Shown here: one piece after another, positions 1 to 9,276 of the stretch
How positions within the stretch are numbered: the stretch's first letter is position 1
Layout: every line of letters begins with the position of its first letter
Assembly (NCBI GenBank): GCA_023898625.1
Contig: CP060231.1
Location: 737,890-801,889, forward strand
DNA: 64,000 bases
DNA from: Candidatus Nomurabacteria bacterium
GTDB lineage: Bacteria > Patescibacteriota > Saccharimonadia > Saccharimonadales > JAGQNJ01
Direction: 5' to 3'
The notes under the pieces: model-generated
Database searches by the model: none
The model's input: only the letters and a program-made list of their open reading frames with translations
What the model was told of the DNA's origin: nothing
Translations under genes and position numbers: made by a program

Positions 1-1
1 A

Positions 2-259
2 GGCGGGTATTTATTAACGCCAGATATTTTGCCAATTTTACAAGAAGAAAAGGTTAGTGCTCGAGGCGAGATTGAATTATCCGAAGGAATTAATCAGTTG
101 TGCTCCAAAAATTTAGTGGCTTGCAGGCAAATAGAAGGCGTATATCATGATACTGGCAATAAATTAAAGTATCTTGAGGCACTGGTTGATACGGCACTGT
201 CACACACAACAATATCTGATGAGTTTCGAAGGTATCTTGTAAAACGTCTAGAAGAGTAG
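2..259 (+). CDS. galU: UTP--glucose-1-phosphate uridylyltransferase, C-terminal fragment (5' end outside window)
   Basis: The frame is open from the window edge (GGYLLTPDILPIL...). The tail YHDTGNKLKYLEALVDTAL resembles the conserved GalU C-terminal YDxGxKxGY..A region. Confidence 0.65.
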   Translation, partial: GGYLLTPDILPILQEEKVSARGEIELSEGINQLCSKNLVACRQIEGVYHDTGNKLKYLEALVDTALSHTTISDEFRRYLVKRLEE

Positions 260-272
260 TATTATCCTTAGT

Positions 273-536
273 ATGGACGCATACGAAATATTGGTTGTTA
301 TACTCTCGGTAACTTTAGCTATTTTACTTGTTTTATGTATTATTATTGCCGTTTATGTAATCAAGTTAATGAAAAAGATCCAGATTATTACCGACAAGGC
401 AAATGAGGTTATGGATGATGTAGAAGTTGTCAGTAGCTATTTTAGAAAGACAGCTGGCCCAGTTGCAATTACGGGAATATTTAGCAATATTGTTTCGAAA
501 GTAGCAGAAATGACTAATAAGAAAGGATCAAAATAA
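273..536 (+). CDS. Small N-terminally membrane-anchored protein, DUF948/YtxG-like
   Basis: 87 aa with one N-terminal TM helix and then a helical tail. It is directly coupled (ATAATG overlap) to a YtxH-type gene, as in the Firmicute ytxG-ytxH pair. Confidence 0.4.
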   Translation: MDAYEILVVILSVTLAILLVLCIIIAVYVIKLMKKIQIITDKANEVMDDVEVVSSYFRKTAGPVAITGIFSNIVSKVAEMTNKKGSK

Positions 537-943
537 TGTCTAGTAATAATGGAAGTAAATTTGCTGTGGGCGCTATGTTGGGCGTAGTAGTAGGTTTAGT
601 GGCGGGCATACTTACGGCTCCTAAGAGTGGAAAAGAAACCAGAAAAGACCTCAAAGACACTGCAACAAAAGTCTTTGCTGAGGCAGAAAAGAGACTAAAA
701 GTTTTATATAGTGAACTAGACGTTCTGATTACAAAAGGAAAATCTAAAGCCGGTGATTTGTCAGGCAGAAGCAAGGAAGAACTTGACAAAGCTTTAGATG
801 TCGCTCAAAAAGCTCAAGTAAAGGCCAAAGAGGTAATTAGTGCAGTTCGTGGTGGCGAAACCACCAATCCAGAACTAGAAAAAGCGATTAAGGAAGTAAC
901 TTCAGCAAAGAATCAGCTTAAAAAGTACCTTCAATCATCATAA
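536..943 (+). CDS. YtxH domain-containing protein
   Basis: 135 aa. It has the N-terminal GxxxGxxxGxLxAPKSGKETRKDL signature of the YtxH family, followed by a Lys/Glu-rich helical region. Confidence 0.7.
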   Translation: MSSNNGSKFAVGAMLGVVVGLVAGILTAPKSGKETRKDLKDTATKVFAEAEKRLKVLYSELDVLITKGKSKAGDLSGRSKEELDKALDVAQKAQVKAKEVISAVRGGETTNPELEKAIKEVTSAKNQLKKYLQSS

Positions 944-955
944 CAAAACAACTAC

Positions 956-1225
956 ATGAAAAAACAAAAATCAGCCTTAAACAACAAGGATGCTCAAGTT
1001 GCTTCTAGAGCTCTAGAGGTTTTGTTTACGACACAGTATGTTAGTCGTCGACAATTATATAAAGAGAATTTTCTTAGAGGGATGTTCTTTAGTGCCGGAA
1101 CCATCATTGGTGCTGCAATAATTGTGGCACTGACAGCCTGGCTGTTATCATTGTTCAACGAAGTTCCAATTATCGGCCCAGCTGTCAATACGGTGCAACA
1201 ATCAATCGAAAAAAGTCAGCAGTAA
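956..1225 (+). CDS. Small membrane protein (DUF5665-like)
   Basis: 89 aa. The NFLRGMFFSAGTIIGAAIIVALTAWLL hydrophobic core matches my recollection of the DUF5665 family. Same strand and operon as the two preceding genes. Confidence 0.35.
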   Translation: MKKQKSALNNKDAQVASRALEVLFTTQYVSRRQLYKENFLRGMFFSAGTIIGAAIIVALTAWLLSLFNEVPIIGPAVNTVQQSIEKSQQ

Positions 1226-1288
1226 TACGTTGTAATACAAGCCTTAGATATCGCTTAGTTCTGAACTTTTTATTATACTAAAGGTTGC

Positions 1289-4200
1289 ATGGGAAATAAG
1301 ATTGTTGCTAGTGATTATGTTCATTTACATAATCATACACAGTATAGTTTACTTGATGGCTTAACAAAGCTGCCAGAATTATTGGATTTTGTCTGTGACT
1401 CTGGTATGCAAGCCATCGCCATGACCGATCATGGCACTCTTTCGGGTGCGATCGAATTCTATAAATTAGCACAAGCAAAACAAATCAAACCGATAATTGG
1501 CATAGAAACATATGTTGCTTCGCGAAAACATACTGACAAAGACCCGGTAAAAGATAAGCAGAGATATCATTTGATTTTGCTGGCAATGAACAATACTGGC
1601 TATCAAAATTTAATGAAGCTTAGTACTATTGCAAATCTCGACGGGTATTACTATTTCCCACGGATTGATCATGATTTACTTGAACAATATAGCGAAGGGG
1701 TCATCGCATTAAGTGCGTGTATGGGGGGTGAGCTTGGCGACGCATTGAAGAATGGACAATACAAAACAGCCAAACAGATTGCTACGTGGTACCAGAAAAC
1801 TTTCAAAGATCGGTATTATTTGGAGATCCAGGATCACGGACATCCAGATAATCCACTATATAACGAAGAGCAGGGAGAGATTAATAAGCAAGTTCTTCAA
1901 ATCGGTAAAGAATTGAACATCAAAGTGGTGGTCACCTGTGATGCTCACTATCTGAAACACGAAGACCAAGACGCTCATGAGGTATTGTTGTGTGTTGGCA
2001 CGGGATCATTATTATCTGACGAAAAACGTATGTCATTGAAGGAGTTTCCGCTTCATGTTACTGACCCTAAAGAAATTATTAAAAGGTGGGGAACAGAACA
2101 TCCTGAGGTAATTATAAATACCAAAGAAATTGCCGATCGTTGCAGTGTTTCGATAAAGCTTGGCGATATTTTGATACCAAAATTTCCTGTCCCCAAAAAA
2201 GAAACCGAAAAGACCTATCTGCACAAGTTAGTTTACCAAGGTTTAGCTTGGAGGTACGGGAATCAATCTTTTGAAAAATCAAAAGAGTTAGGAGTATCCA
2301 AGGCTCAGAAAACCTTACCTGACAATATTGCCGAAAGAGCTTCATATGAATTGAAGGTCATAGATACAATGGGTTTCAATGGGTATTTCTTAATAATTTC
2401 CGATTTTATTAATTGGGGGAAAAACCAAGGTATTGTTTTTGGTCCAGGTCGTGGAAGCGCGGCAGGATCGATTATTGCCTATGCCTTGCGCATCACTGAG
2501 CTTGACCCGATGCAATACGATTTGCTGTTTGAGCGGTTTTTAAACCCAGATCGTATTTCTATGCCAGATATCGATATAGATATCCAAGATACTCGCAGAG
2601 ATGAGGTTATACAATATTGTGTTGAGAAATATGGCTCGGAAAGGGTGGCGAATATTGTTACTTTTGGTCGTATGGCTGCGCGAAATGCTGTACGTGACAC
2701 CGCAAGGGTACTAAATGTTCCATATGCTGATGCCGACAGGCTAGCTAAGATGATTCCACCTCCAGTTCAGGGGCGACACATACCTCTAAAAAAATCTCTG
2801 GAAGATAATTTTGAACTAAAATCAGAATATCAAAATAACCCAGTCGCCAAGCAAGTCTTTGATTTTGCCACTCAACTTGAAGGAACAATAAGATCTCATG
2901 GAGTTCATGCGGCGGGCGTTGTAATTGCACCTGATGATATAGTGAAGTATGCCCCACTTGAGAGGGCGCAAAAGGGGGTGATATCTACTCAATACTCAAT
3001 GGGGCCAATCGAGGAGCTGGGGTTGCTCAAAATGGATTTCTTAGGACTTTCAAACTTATCGATAATAAAAAACGCACTGAGAATTATAAAAAAGGTTCAT
3101 GGTAAAGATATTGATATCGACAATCTGCCTTTAGACGACGATAAAACATACAAACTATTACAAGCCGGCGATACAACAGGAGTATTTCAGTTGGAGTCAG
3201 CGGGTATGAAGCGTTATTTAAAAGAACTAAAGCCTTCGCAGTTTGAAGATGTTGTAGCGATGGTTGCTTTGTATCGACCGGGACCTATGCAGTTTATTGA
3301 TGAATTTATCGGACGAAAACGTGGAACAATGAAGATACAATATCCTCACCCTTCTATGGAAAATGCATTAAAAAACACCTATGGAGTCTTAGTTTATCAA
3401 GAACAGGTTATGCAGATAAGCAAAGAGGTTTGTGGCTTTAGTGGTGGTGAGGCTGACACATTAAGAAAGGCTATTGGCAAGAAGAATGCTGAACTGATGG
3501 CCAAAATGAAAGATAAAATGATTGTTGGTGGCCAAAACCAATCTGGAATCAGTAAATCTGTAATGGAGAAGTTCTGGAAGCAATTAGAAGATTTCGCTGC
3601 ATACTGTTTTAATAAATCTCACGCTGCTTGCTATGGGCTCATTGCCTATCAAACTGCATACTTAAAGGCACATTATCCTTCGGCCTTCATGGCGGCATTG
3701 ATGACTAGTGCTTACGGTGATACTGATCGATTAGCCATAGAGATTAAAGAGTGTAGCAATATGGGTATAGAGGTTTTGCAACCAGACGTTAATGAATCGT
3801 TCTTAGAATTTGCTGTTGTTCCAGAGTCATTGCAAATCCGATTTGGGATGAGTGCTATAAAGAATGTTGGTACGAATGCGGTGGAAGAGATATTAAGAGT
3901 CCGACAACAAAACAGAAACTTCAAAACAATCGATGATTTTTTTGCAAATGTAAACCCAAGTATAGTTAATAGAAAAAATATAGAGAGCTTAATTAAGGCT
4001 GGCGCATTCGATAGTTTGGCAGATAGATTGCAGTTACTTGATAACCTTGATTTGATTATGGCTTTTGCTTCAAAGATTCAAAAAGAACAAAATAGTGGCC
4101 AAACCGATCTATTCGGTAACTTAGATGGTGAATCGGCTAGACCAGAATTAACACTTGGTCCAATTGTTGGTTCCTATAATTCTAATGATAAATTATTTTG

Positions 4201-4897
4201 GGAGCGAGAGTTATTGGGCTTATATATTTCTCAGCACCCACTTGATGCATACAAAAACATTCTTGCCGAAACTACAGTTGATATTAAACAGATCAAGCCA
4301 AGTCACGACTCTAAAGTAGTCGCAATAGGAGGATCGGTAATTGATGCCAGAGAGATTGTAACCAAAAGTGGCCAAAAGATGGCATTTATTCAGCTGACTA
4401 ACGGAGAGAAAGAAATTGAGCTAATAGTTTTCCCTAGCGTGTTTCAGCAAACTATTGGAATATGGAACAAAGATACTGTTGTTATTGTAAAAGGAAAGGT
4501 TTCGGCAAAAGATAAGTCTGGAGTAATAGGTGACGACGTCAAAATAATTGTTGATGAGGCCAGGCAGGTTACGTTAGAGCAAGCCGAGGCATACCAACCC
4601 ACCGGGCGCAAGAAACGTACTCCTAAAGAGTCACGGATTAAAATGAAAGAGGTGAAAAGAACAATTAAACCGGAACAAAAATTATACATTAGACTTCACG
4701 ATGCATCGGATAATGCTAAGCTTATTGAATTGAAAGAGATTGTCTCCTTACACAAAGGCGATTCTGAGGTTATTTTAGTTCTCGGTAAAGAGTCTAAAAA
4801 ACAGGCCATAAAACTACCATTTAAAATAAACATTTCGGATGAAGTTATGGAACAATTAAAATATTTGGTTGGGGAAGAGAATATTGCAATAAAGTAG
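1289..4897 (+). CDS. dnaE: DNA polymerase III subunit alpha
   Basis: 1202 aa. It has an N-terminal PHP domain (HLHNHTQYSLLDG), a polymerase core (GPGRGSAAGS, PDIDIDI) and a C-terminal OB fold. Confidence 0.95.
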   Translation: MGNKIVASDYVHLHNHTQYSLLDGLTKLPELLDFVCDSGMQAIAMTDHGTLSGAIEFYKLAQAKQIKPIIGIETYVASRKHTDKDPVKDKQRYHLILLAMNNTGYQNLMKLSTIANLDGYYYFPRIDHDLLEQYSEGVIALSACMGGELGDALKNGQYKTAKQIATWYQKTFKDRYYLEIQDHGHPDNPLYNEEQGEINKQVLQIGKELNIKVVVTCDAHYLKHEDQDAHEVLLCVGTGSLLSDEKRMSLKEFPLHVTDPKEIIKRWGTEHPEVIINTKEIADRCSVSIKLGDILIPKFPVPKKETEKTYLHKLVYQGLAWRYGNQSFEKSKELGVSKAQKTLPDNIAERASYELKVIDTMGFNGYFLIISDFINWGKNQGIVFGPGRGSAAGSIIAYALRITELDPMQYDLLFERFLNPDRISMPDIDIDIQDTRRDEVIQYCVEKYGSERVANIVTFGRMAARNAVRDTARVLNVPYADADRLAKMIPPPVQGRHIPLKKSLEDNFELKSEYQNNPVAKQVFDFATQLEGTIRSHGVHAAGVVIAPDDIVKYAPLERAQKGVISTQYSMGPIEELGLLKMDFLGLSNLSIIKNALRIIKKVHGKDIDIDNLPLDDDKTYKLLQAGDTTGVFQLESAGMKRYLKELKPSQFEDVVAMVALYRPGPMQFIDEFIGRKRGTMKIQYPHPSMENALKNTYGVLVYQEQVMQISKEVCGFSGGEADTLRKAIGKKNAELMAKMKDKMIVGGQNQSGISKSVMEKFWKQLEDFAAYCFNKSHAACYGLIAYQTAYLKAHYPSAFMAALMTSAYGDTDRLAIEIKECSNMGIEVLQPDVNESFLEFAVVPESLQIRFGMSAIKNVGTNAVEEILRVRQQNRNFKTIDDFFANVNPSIVNRKNIESLIKAGAFDSLADRLQLLDNLDLIMAFASKIQKEQNSGQTDLFGNLDGESARPELTLGPIVGSYNSNDKLFWERELLGLYISQHPLDAYKNILAETTVDIKQIKPSHDSKVVAIGGSVIDAREIVTKSGQKMAFIQLTNGEKEIELIVFPSVFQQTIGIWNKDTVVIVKGKVSAKDKSGVIGDDVKIIVDEARQVTLEQAEAYQPTGRKKRTPKESRIKMKEVKRTIKPEQKLYIRLHDASDNAKLIELKEIVSLHKGDSEVILVLGKESKKQAIKLPFKINISDEVMEQLKYLVGEENIAIK

Positions 4898-4920
4898 GTA
4901 TATCTAGCCTAGGACCATAG

Positions 4921-5796
4921 TTATAAAATTTGCCCTGCCGAACGTAGCATAATGACCCCTAATGCAATCAAACAGATTACCGCACTATCGAGTAAGGGGT
5001 GTTTTATTATGAACTTCTCTCCCTTTTTTATTTTTTTTCTAAGGCTACTACCATGCGCCCCTGCGAGATACATTACAGACACGCCTATAATCGCTCCTAC
5101 TAAATAGATGCCCCATGTCGATCCAGTGTATTTATTGGCATTTAATACTGACTTACTATCGCCTAAAATATGAGTCTGATTGGATTGAGTACTACTAACT
5201 GAGCCAGGAGGCAACGGATCAGCATACATCGCAACTACTACTGTTGAATGACCACTTTCGTTAAAGTTGTTACTATCAGCAATACCAAAACCTACTTCCG
5301 TAAAATCCTTATCAAGGAGATTGCGCTTATGTGACTCACTTTTCATCCAGCCATCTATTGTTGAGGCGCTGTCATTGAATCCGTATGCTAGATTTTCTCC
5401 AGCTTTTTGGTATTGATAATTTTCATTTGCAATAAACACCCAAGGGTCTTTACCTTCTGGCGTTTTGTGCGACCAGTAGTTTCGGTTAACCATATCCTCT
5501 GCTTTGTTTTGTGCGGCGTTTTGCAGTTGAGGATTAATTGTTAGAGCGTTCTCACCCGTAAGTTGACGTTGTGTATTAGTTGCACTTAGTAACTGCTGGG
5601 GAGTTATGTTTGAGTACGCGCCTAATACGGCTTGGTTGCTTTTTTGGAAAGGACTAAACAATACAATGATTAAAAAACCAATACTTGCAAAAAGCGGAAT
5701 AAATGGGTAGTAATGCTTTAAATATTCTTTGGTGTGACGATGATTTGGTTTTAAGTTATTGTGTTTTTTTGTTTTTGGCGACTTGGCGCGACTCAT
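4921..5796 (-). CDS. CAP/SCP (PR-1-like) domain membrane protein
   Basis: 291 aa. It has a Lys-rich N-terminus plus a TM helix, a CAP-domain core (NYWSHKTPEG...GENLAYGF...WMKSESHKRNLL...VGFGIA) and C-terminal TM helices. Confidence 0.7.
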   Translation of the reverse strand: MSRAKSPKTKKHNNLKPNHRHTKEYLKHYYPFIPLFASIGFLIIVLFSPFQKSNQAVLGAYSNITPQQLLSATNTQRQLTGENALTINPQLQNAAQNKAEDMVNRNYWSHKTPEGKDPWVFIANENYQYQKAGENLAYGFNDSASTIDGWMKSESHKRNLLDKDFTEVGFGIADSNNFNESGHSTVVVAMYADPLPPGSVSSTQSNQTHILGDSKSVLNANKYTGSTWGIYLVGAIIGVSVMYLAGAHGSSLRKKIKKGEKFIIKHPLLDSAVICLIALGVIMLRSAGQIL

Positions 5797-5816
5797 GGTT
5801 TAACTATACAACAAGC

Positions 5817-6311
5817 TTAAGCTTCTCGCAAGACAAATAGAGCAATAGCAGTAGCTTGGGCTACATTAAAGGACTCTTTTTGACCATACATGGCAATCTC
5901 AACAATATCGTCACATTGGTTTAATAGGTCGTGAGGGATGCCGTCAACTTCAGTGCCAAGTAGCAGGGCACATTTAGTTGGCGGTTGGTAGTCATTTAGT
6001 TTTATGCTATTACTAGACTGCTCTAGTCCAATGATTGTATACCGATCATTTTTTAGCTTTCTTAGTAGTTGCTGGAGGTTATCTTCATAGCTCCAAGAAA
6101 TGGAATTTTCTGCTCCAAGGGCTGTTTTCTTGATTTGATTAGTAAGCTTTTGGCTGATATGTGGCAAACGTTGATCAGAGTCAATGGTAGGGTACGGCGT
6201 AATCCCAGTCAGGTAAAAATGACTAACTCCAAATCCATCTGCAGTACGTAACAAAGATCCAACATTGTGGGTACTTCTAATGTCGTTTGCTATTATTACA
6301 ATGTCACGCAT
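5817..6311 (-). CDS. SpoU/TrmH-family RNA 2'-O-methyltransferase
   Basis: 164 aa with SPOUT motifs (HNVGSLLRTADGFG, LLLGTEVDGIP, SFNVAQATAIALF). Confidence 0.8.
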   Translation of the reverse strand: MRDIVIIANDIRSTHNVGSLLRTADGFGVSHFYLTGITPYPTIDSDQRLPHISQKLTNQIKKTALGAENSISWSYEDNLQQLLRKLKNDRYTIIGLEQSSNSIKLNDYQPPTKCALLLGTEVDGIPHDLLNQCDDIVEIAMYGQKESFNVAQATAIALFVLREA

Positions 6312-6379
6312 TCACATAGTGTATCATTTGTGTTTAAATAGAGACATATGAATGTGGTTCAGATTGGTGGGTATGAACA

Positions 6380-7984
6380 ATGAGTCAAGATGCTCGATTT
6401 GATGATGAACAGTCAACTTTAAAACGTGCTCGCATATTGGGATTGCCATATATCGATACCTCTCAAATTACCAATAAAATTCTGTATAAGGATGTCTTAT
6501 CCAAAGATGAGCTTTACAGATTACGAATTATCCCTATTCAAGCAGACTCAAATTCAATTACTTTTGGTATCACTAATACAACATCTCAAACTACAATATC
6601 TAGCTTCAAGCAACGATTTTTAGACCAACAAACAAATTTTGCGTTAATTTCTGATAGTGGATACAGAGAATATATGCGTCTATATGATCCTCCACGGAAG
6701 GTAGAATACGAGGATATTAGTATTACTAACGCCGGAACCGAGGATCTTATTCAGAGGGTTTCTCAAATGCTTGAACAGGTACGCGCTGATGACATGTTGG
6801 CTTATCTAGTACATCAAGCTCATAAATTACAGGCATCCGATATTCACACTGAAAACCAGCGAGGATATGTACGGATTCGATTCCGAATCGACGGTGTACT
6901 CCACCCAATAGCAAGAATGACTCCAGAGAAATATCGAATTTTAGTTTCTGCTATTGCTAGCTCGGCAAACTTATCGACCCAGGCGCCAGATGCTCAACAA
7001 GGTCATATTGCCCAAAGAGTTAGGATGGCAGATGGTGCGGATGTGGATGTTAACTTACGAGTCGAAACCGTTCCAACAATCCATGGCATGGATATAGTTA
7101 TGAGGCTGTTTAACTTAAGCCAAGATATGTATAATCTCGATAAATTAGGACTTAATCCCGAGGAAAGAAAAATAGTAGACGATATTATTGCCAAACCAAC
7201 TGGCCTTGTTCTTGTTGTTGGGCCCACCGGCTCTGGAAAAACCACAACTCTTTATTCGATGCTCAATTCCCTTAATAATGATAGCCGAAAGATTATTACT
7301 ATCGAAGATCCGGTTGAGTATCAGTTTGAGGGATTAACTCAGATTCCAGTCAATAGCAAAGGTACACAAGAAGTAAATTTTGCCGAAAAATTGCGGGCTG
7401 TATTACGTCTTGACCCTGATATCGTAATGGTTGGTGAGGTGCGAGATATGGATACTGCTAAAACTGCATTGCAAGCCTCCTTAACAGGTCACCTAGTGCT
7501 ATCTACCTTCCATGCTGGTTCAGCCTCTGCAGCTCTAACTAGACTGGTTGATGTTATTGGCGCTAACCCGTTATTTGCATCTGCAATTCGGTTAGTTATG
7601 GCGCAAAGACTAGTTAGAAAGTTAGACGACAATACTAAACAGGCCTACACGCCTTCTGATAAAGAGAAAGACTATATATCTAGGGCTTTATCAGATTTGC
7701 CTGAAGACTTTGAAAAGCCAAATCTAAGTGCGCTACAACTTTACAAACCAGGTTCGTCTGCAGATAATCCTTATGGCTTTACAGGACAACTCGCCCTAAG
7801 AGAGCAGTTTATTATGACCGGTGAAATTTTAAAATTAATGCAAAACAGTAGCTCTGGCGCAACGACACAACAAATTGAAGAGGCAGCCATAAAGAGTGGC
7901 ATGAAGACAATGCGTCATGACGCAATTCTTAAGGTTTGTGCGGGGCAAACTACGCTTGACGAAGTGATTCGTGTGCTTGGTTAA
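6380..7984 (+). CDS. pilB: GspE/PilB-family type II/IV secretion (type IV pilus assembly) ATPase
   Basis: 534 aa. It has an N-terminal T2SSE_N-like region, Walker A GPTGSGKTT, an Asp box, Walker B (IVMVGEVRD) and a His box (LVLSTFHAG). Confidence 0.85.
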   Translation: MSQDARFDDEQSTLKRARILGLPYIDTSQITNKILYKDVLSKDELYRLRIIPIQADSNSITFGITNTTSQTTISSFKQRFLDQQTNFALISDSGYREYMRLYDPPRKVEYEDISITNAGTEDLIQRVSQMLEQVRADDMLAYLVHQAHKLQASDIHTENQRGYVRIRFRIDGVLHPIARMTPEKYRILVSAIASSANLSTQAPDAQQGHIAQRVRMADGADVDVNLRVETVPTIHGMDIVMRLFNLSQDMYNLDKLGLNPEERKIVDDIIAKPTGLVLVVGPTGSGKTTTLYSMLNSLNNDSRKIITIEDPVEYQFEGLTQIPVNSKGTQEVNFAEKLRAVLRLDPDIVMVGEVRDMDTAKTALQASLTGHLVLSTFHAGSASAALTRLVDVIGANPLFASAIRLVMAQRLVRKLDDNTKQAYTPSDKEKDYISRALSDLPEDFEKPNLSALQLYKPGSSADNPYGFTGQLALREQFIMTGEILKLMQNSSSGATTQQIEEAAIKSGMKTMRHDAILKVCAGQTTLDEVIRVLG

Positions 7985-9114
7985 ACAATAACCTTGGCAA
8001 TTTCTGGCACTAACCGTTTATCAAGAACTGATGGAATAATTTCGTCAGGTGTTGGGTTTTCAACCAGACCGGCAATTGTTTTAGCTACAGCAAGCTTATG
8101 CTCGTCTGTAATTTTTTGTACTTTATTATCTAGTGCTCCCCGAAAAATACCAGGGAAAGCTAGGGCATTGTTGACTTGATTAGGGAAGTCACTTCGTCCA
8201 GTAGCGACAACTGATGCCCCGGCAGATTTAGCCTCGTCTGGCATAATTTCTGGGGTTGGATTAGCCATTGCAAAAATAATCGGATCGTTGGCCATGGTTT
8301 TTATATGTTCAGCGCTTAGTAAGCCACCTTTGGATACGCCAATAAATATATCAGCATTTTTTAGTGCATCCTCTAAGCTTCCGTTAACATTATTTTTGTT
8401 AGTAAATTCAAGCAGTTTTTTCTTTTCGTCATTAAGGTCGGTACGCTCTTTGCTGATGATACCTTTGCTGTCTACGGCTAAAATTTCGGGGTTGGCGTAT
8501 AATTTAATAAGTTTAATTATTGCCGTACCAGCTGCGCCCGCTCCTACAACAACGATACGTGAGTTATCTAAATTTTTGTTGGTGATTTTAATAGCGTTTA
8601 TCAGTCCTGCAAGTACTACAATTGCTGTACCGTGTTGATCATCATGAAAAACCGGGATAGATAGTTCCGTTTTTAGTCTATCTTCTACCTCAAAGCAAAG
8701 TGGGGCAGAAATATCTTCAAGATTAATTCCGCCAAAGCTAGGGGCAATTGCTTTAACTGTGGCGACTATCTCGTCTGCCGAGTGAACATCCAAAACAATT
8801 GGCAGAGCATCAATGTTTGCAAAATGCTTAAACAACATAGCCTTGCCCTCCATAACTGGTAGAGCGCCCTCGGGGCCAATATTGCCAAGCCCTAAAACAG
8901 CCGAACCGTCACTAACTACAGCCACTGTATTATTAGTCCATGTATATTCAGCTGTCTGTTCTGGATGGAGGGCAAGATGGCTACTTACCGCTCCTACTCC
9001 AGGGGTGTAGTATGTACTAAGTTGATCTTTAGTATCTAAACCATCTTTAAGTTCGATTGAAATCTTACCCTTTAGTTGTTTGTGTAGTTGCAGTGCTTTT
9101 TCTGAATAGTCCAT
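7981..9114 (-). CDS. NAD(P)-dependent malic enzyme (short form)
   Basis: 377 aa. Matches include YTPGVG, VVSDGSAVLGLGNIGP, FGGINLEDI and the Rossmann motif VVGAGAAG, all typical of short malic enzymes. Confidence 0.85.
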   Translation of the reverse strand: MDYSEKALQLHKQLKGKISIELKDGLDTKDQLSTYYTPGVGAVSSHLALHPEQTAEYTWTNNTVAVVSDGSAVLGLGNIGPEGALPVMEGKAMLFKHFANIDALPIVLDVHSADEIVATVKAIAPSFGGINLEDISAPLCFEVEDRLKTELSIPVFHDDQHGTAIVVLAGLINAIKITNKNLDNSRIVVVGAGAAGTAIIKLIKLYANPEILAVDSKGIISKERTDLNDEKKKLLEFTNKNNVNGSLEDALKNADIFIGVSKGGLLSAEHIKTMANDPIIFAMANPTPEIMPDEAKSAGASVVATGRSDFPNQVNNALAFPGIFRGALDNKVQKITDEHKLAVAKTIAGLVENPTPDEIIPSVLDKRLVPEIAKVIV

Positions 9115-9276
9115 GACCTATATTGTAACTCCTTAGGATAAATTTGTGTATCTATTAACACAATAGAGTCCTCAATAATATTAGCAACCCTAATAGTATG
9201 AGTTTATTAAATATCAGCAAATGAATTTAATTGTAAAAATGAATTATGTATCTCTCCCCATGCTAATATATACCTA

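Noticed and set aside
8288-8638. 116-aa ORF antisense to the malic enzyme gene (similar cases: 23029-23391 in the PBP gene, 514-789, 60559-60927, 52199-52510)
   Set aside because: All lie fully within strongly supported genes on the opposite strand and have no independent signals.
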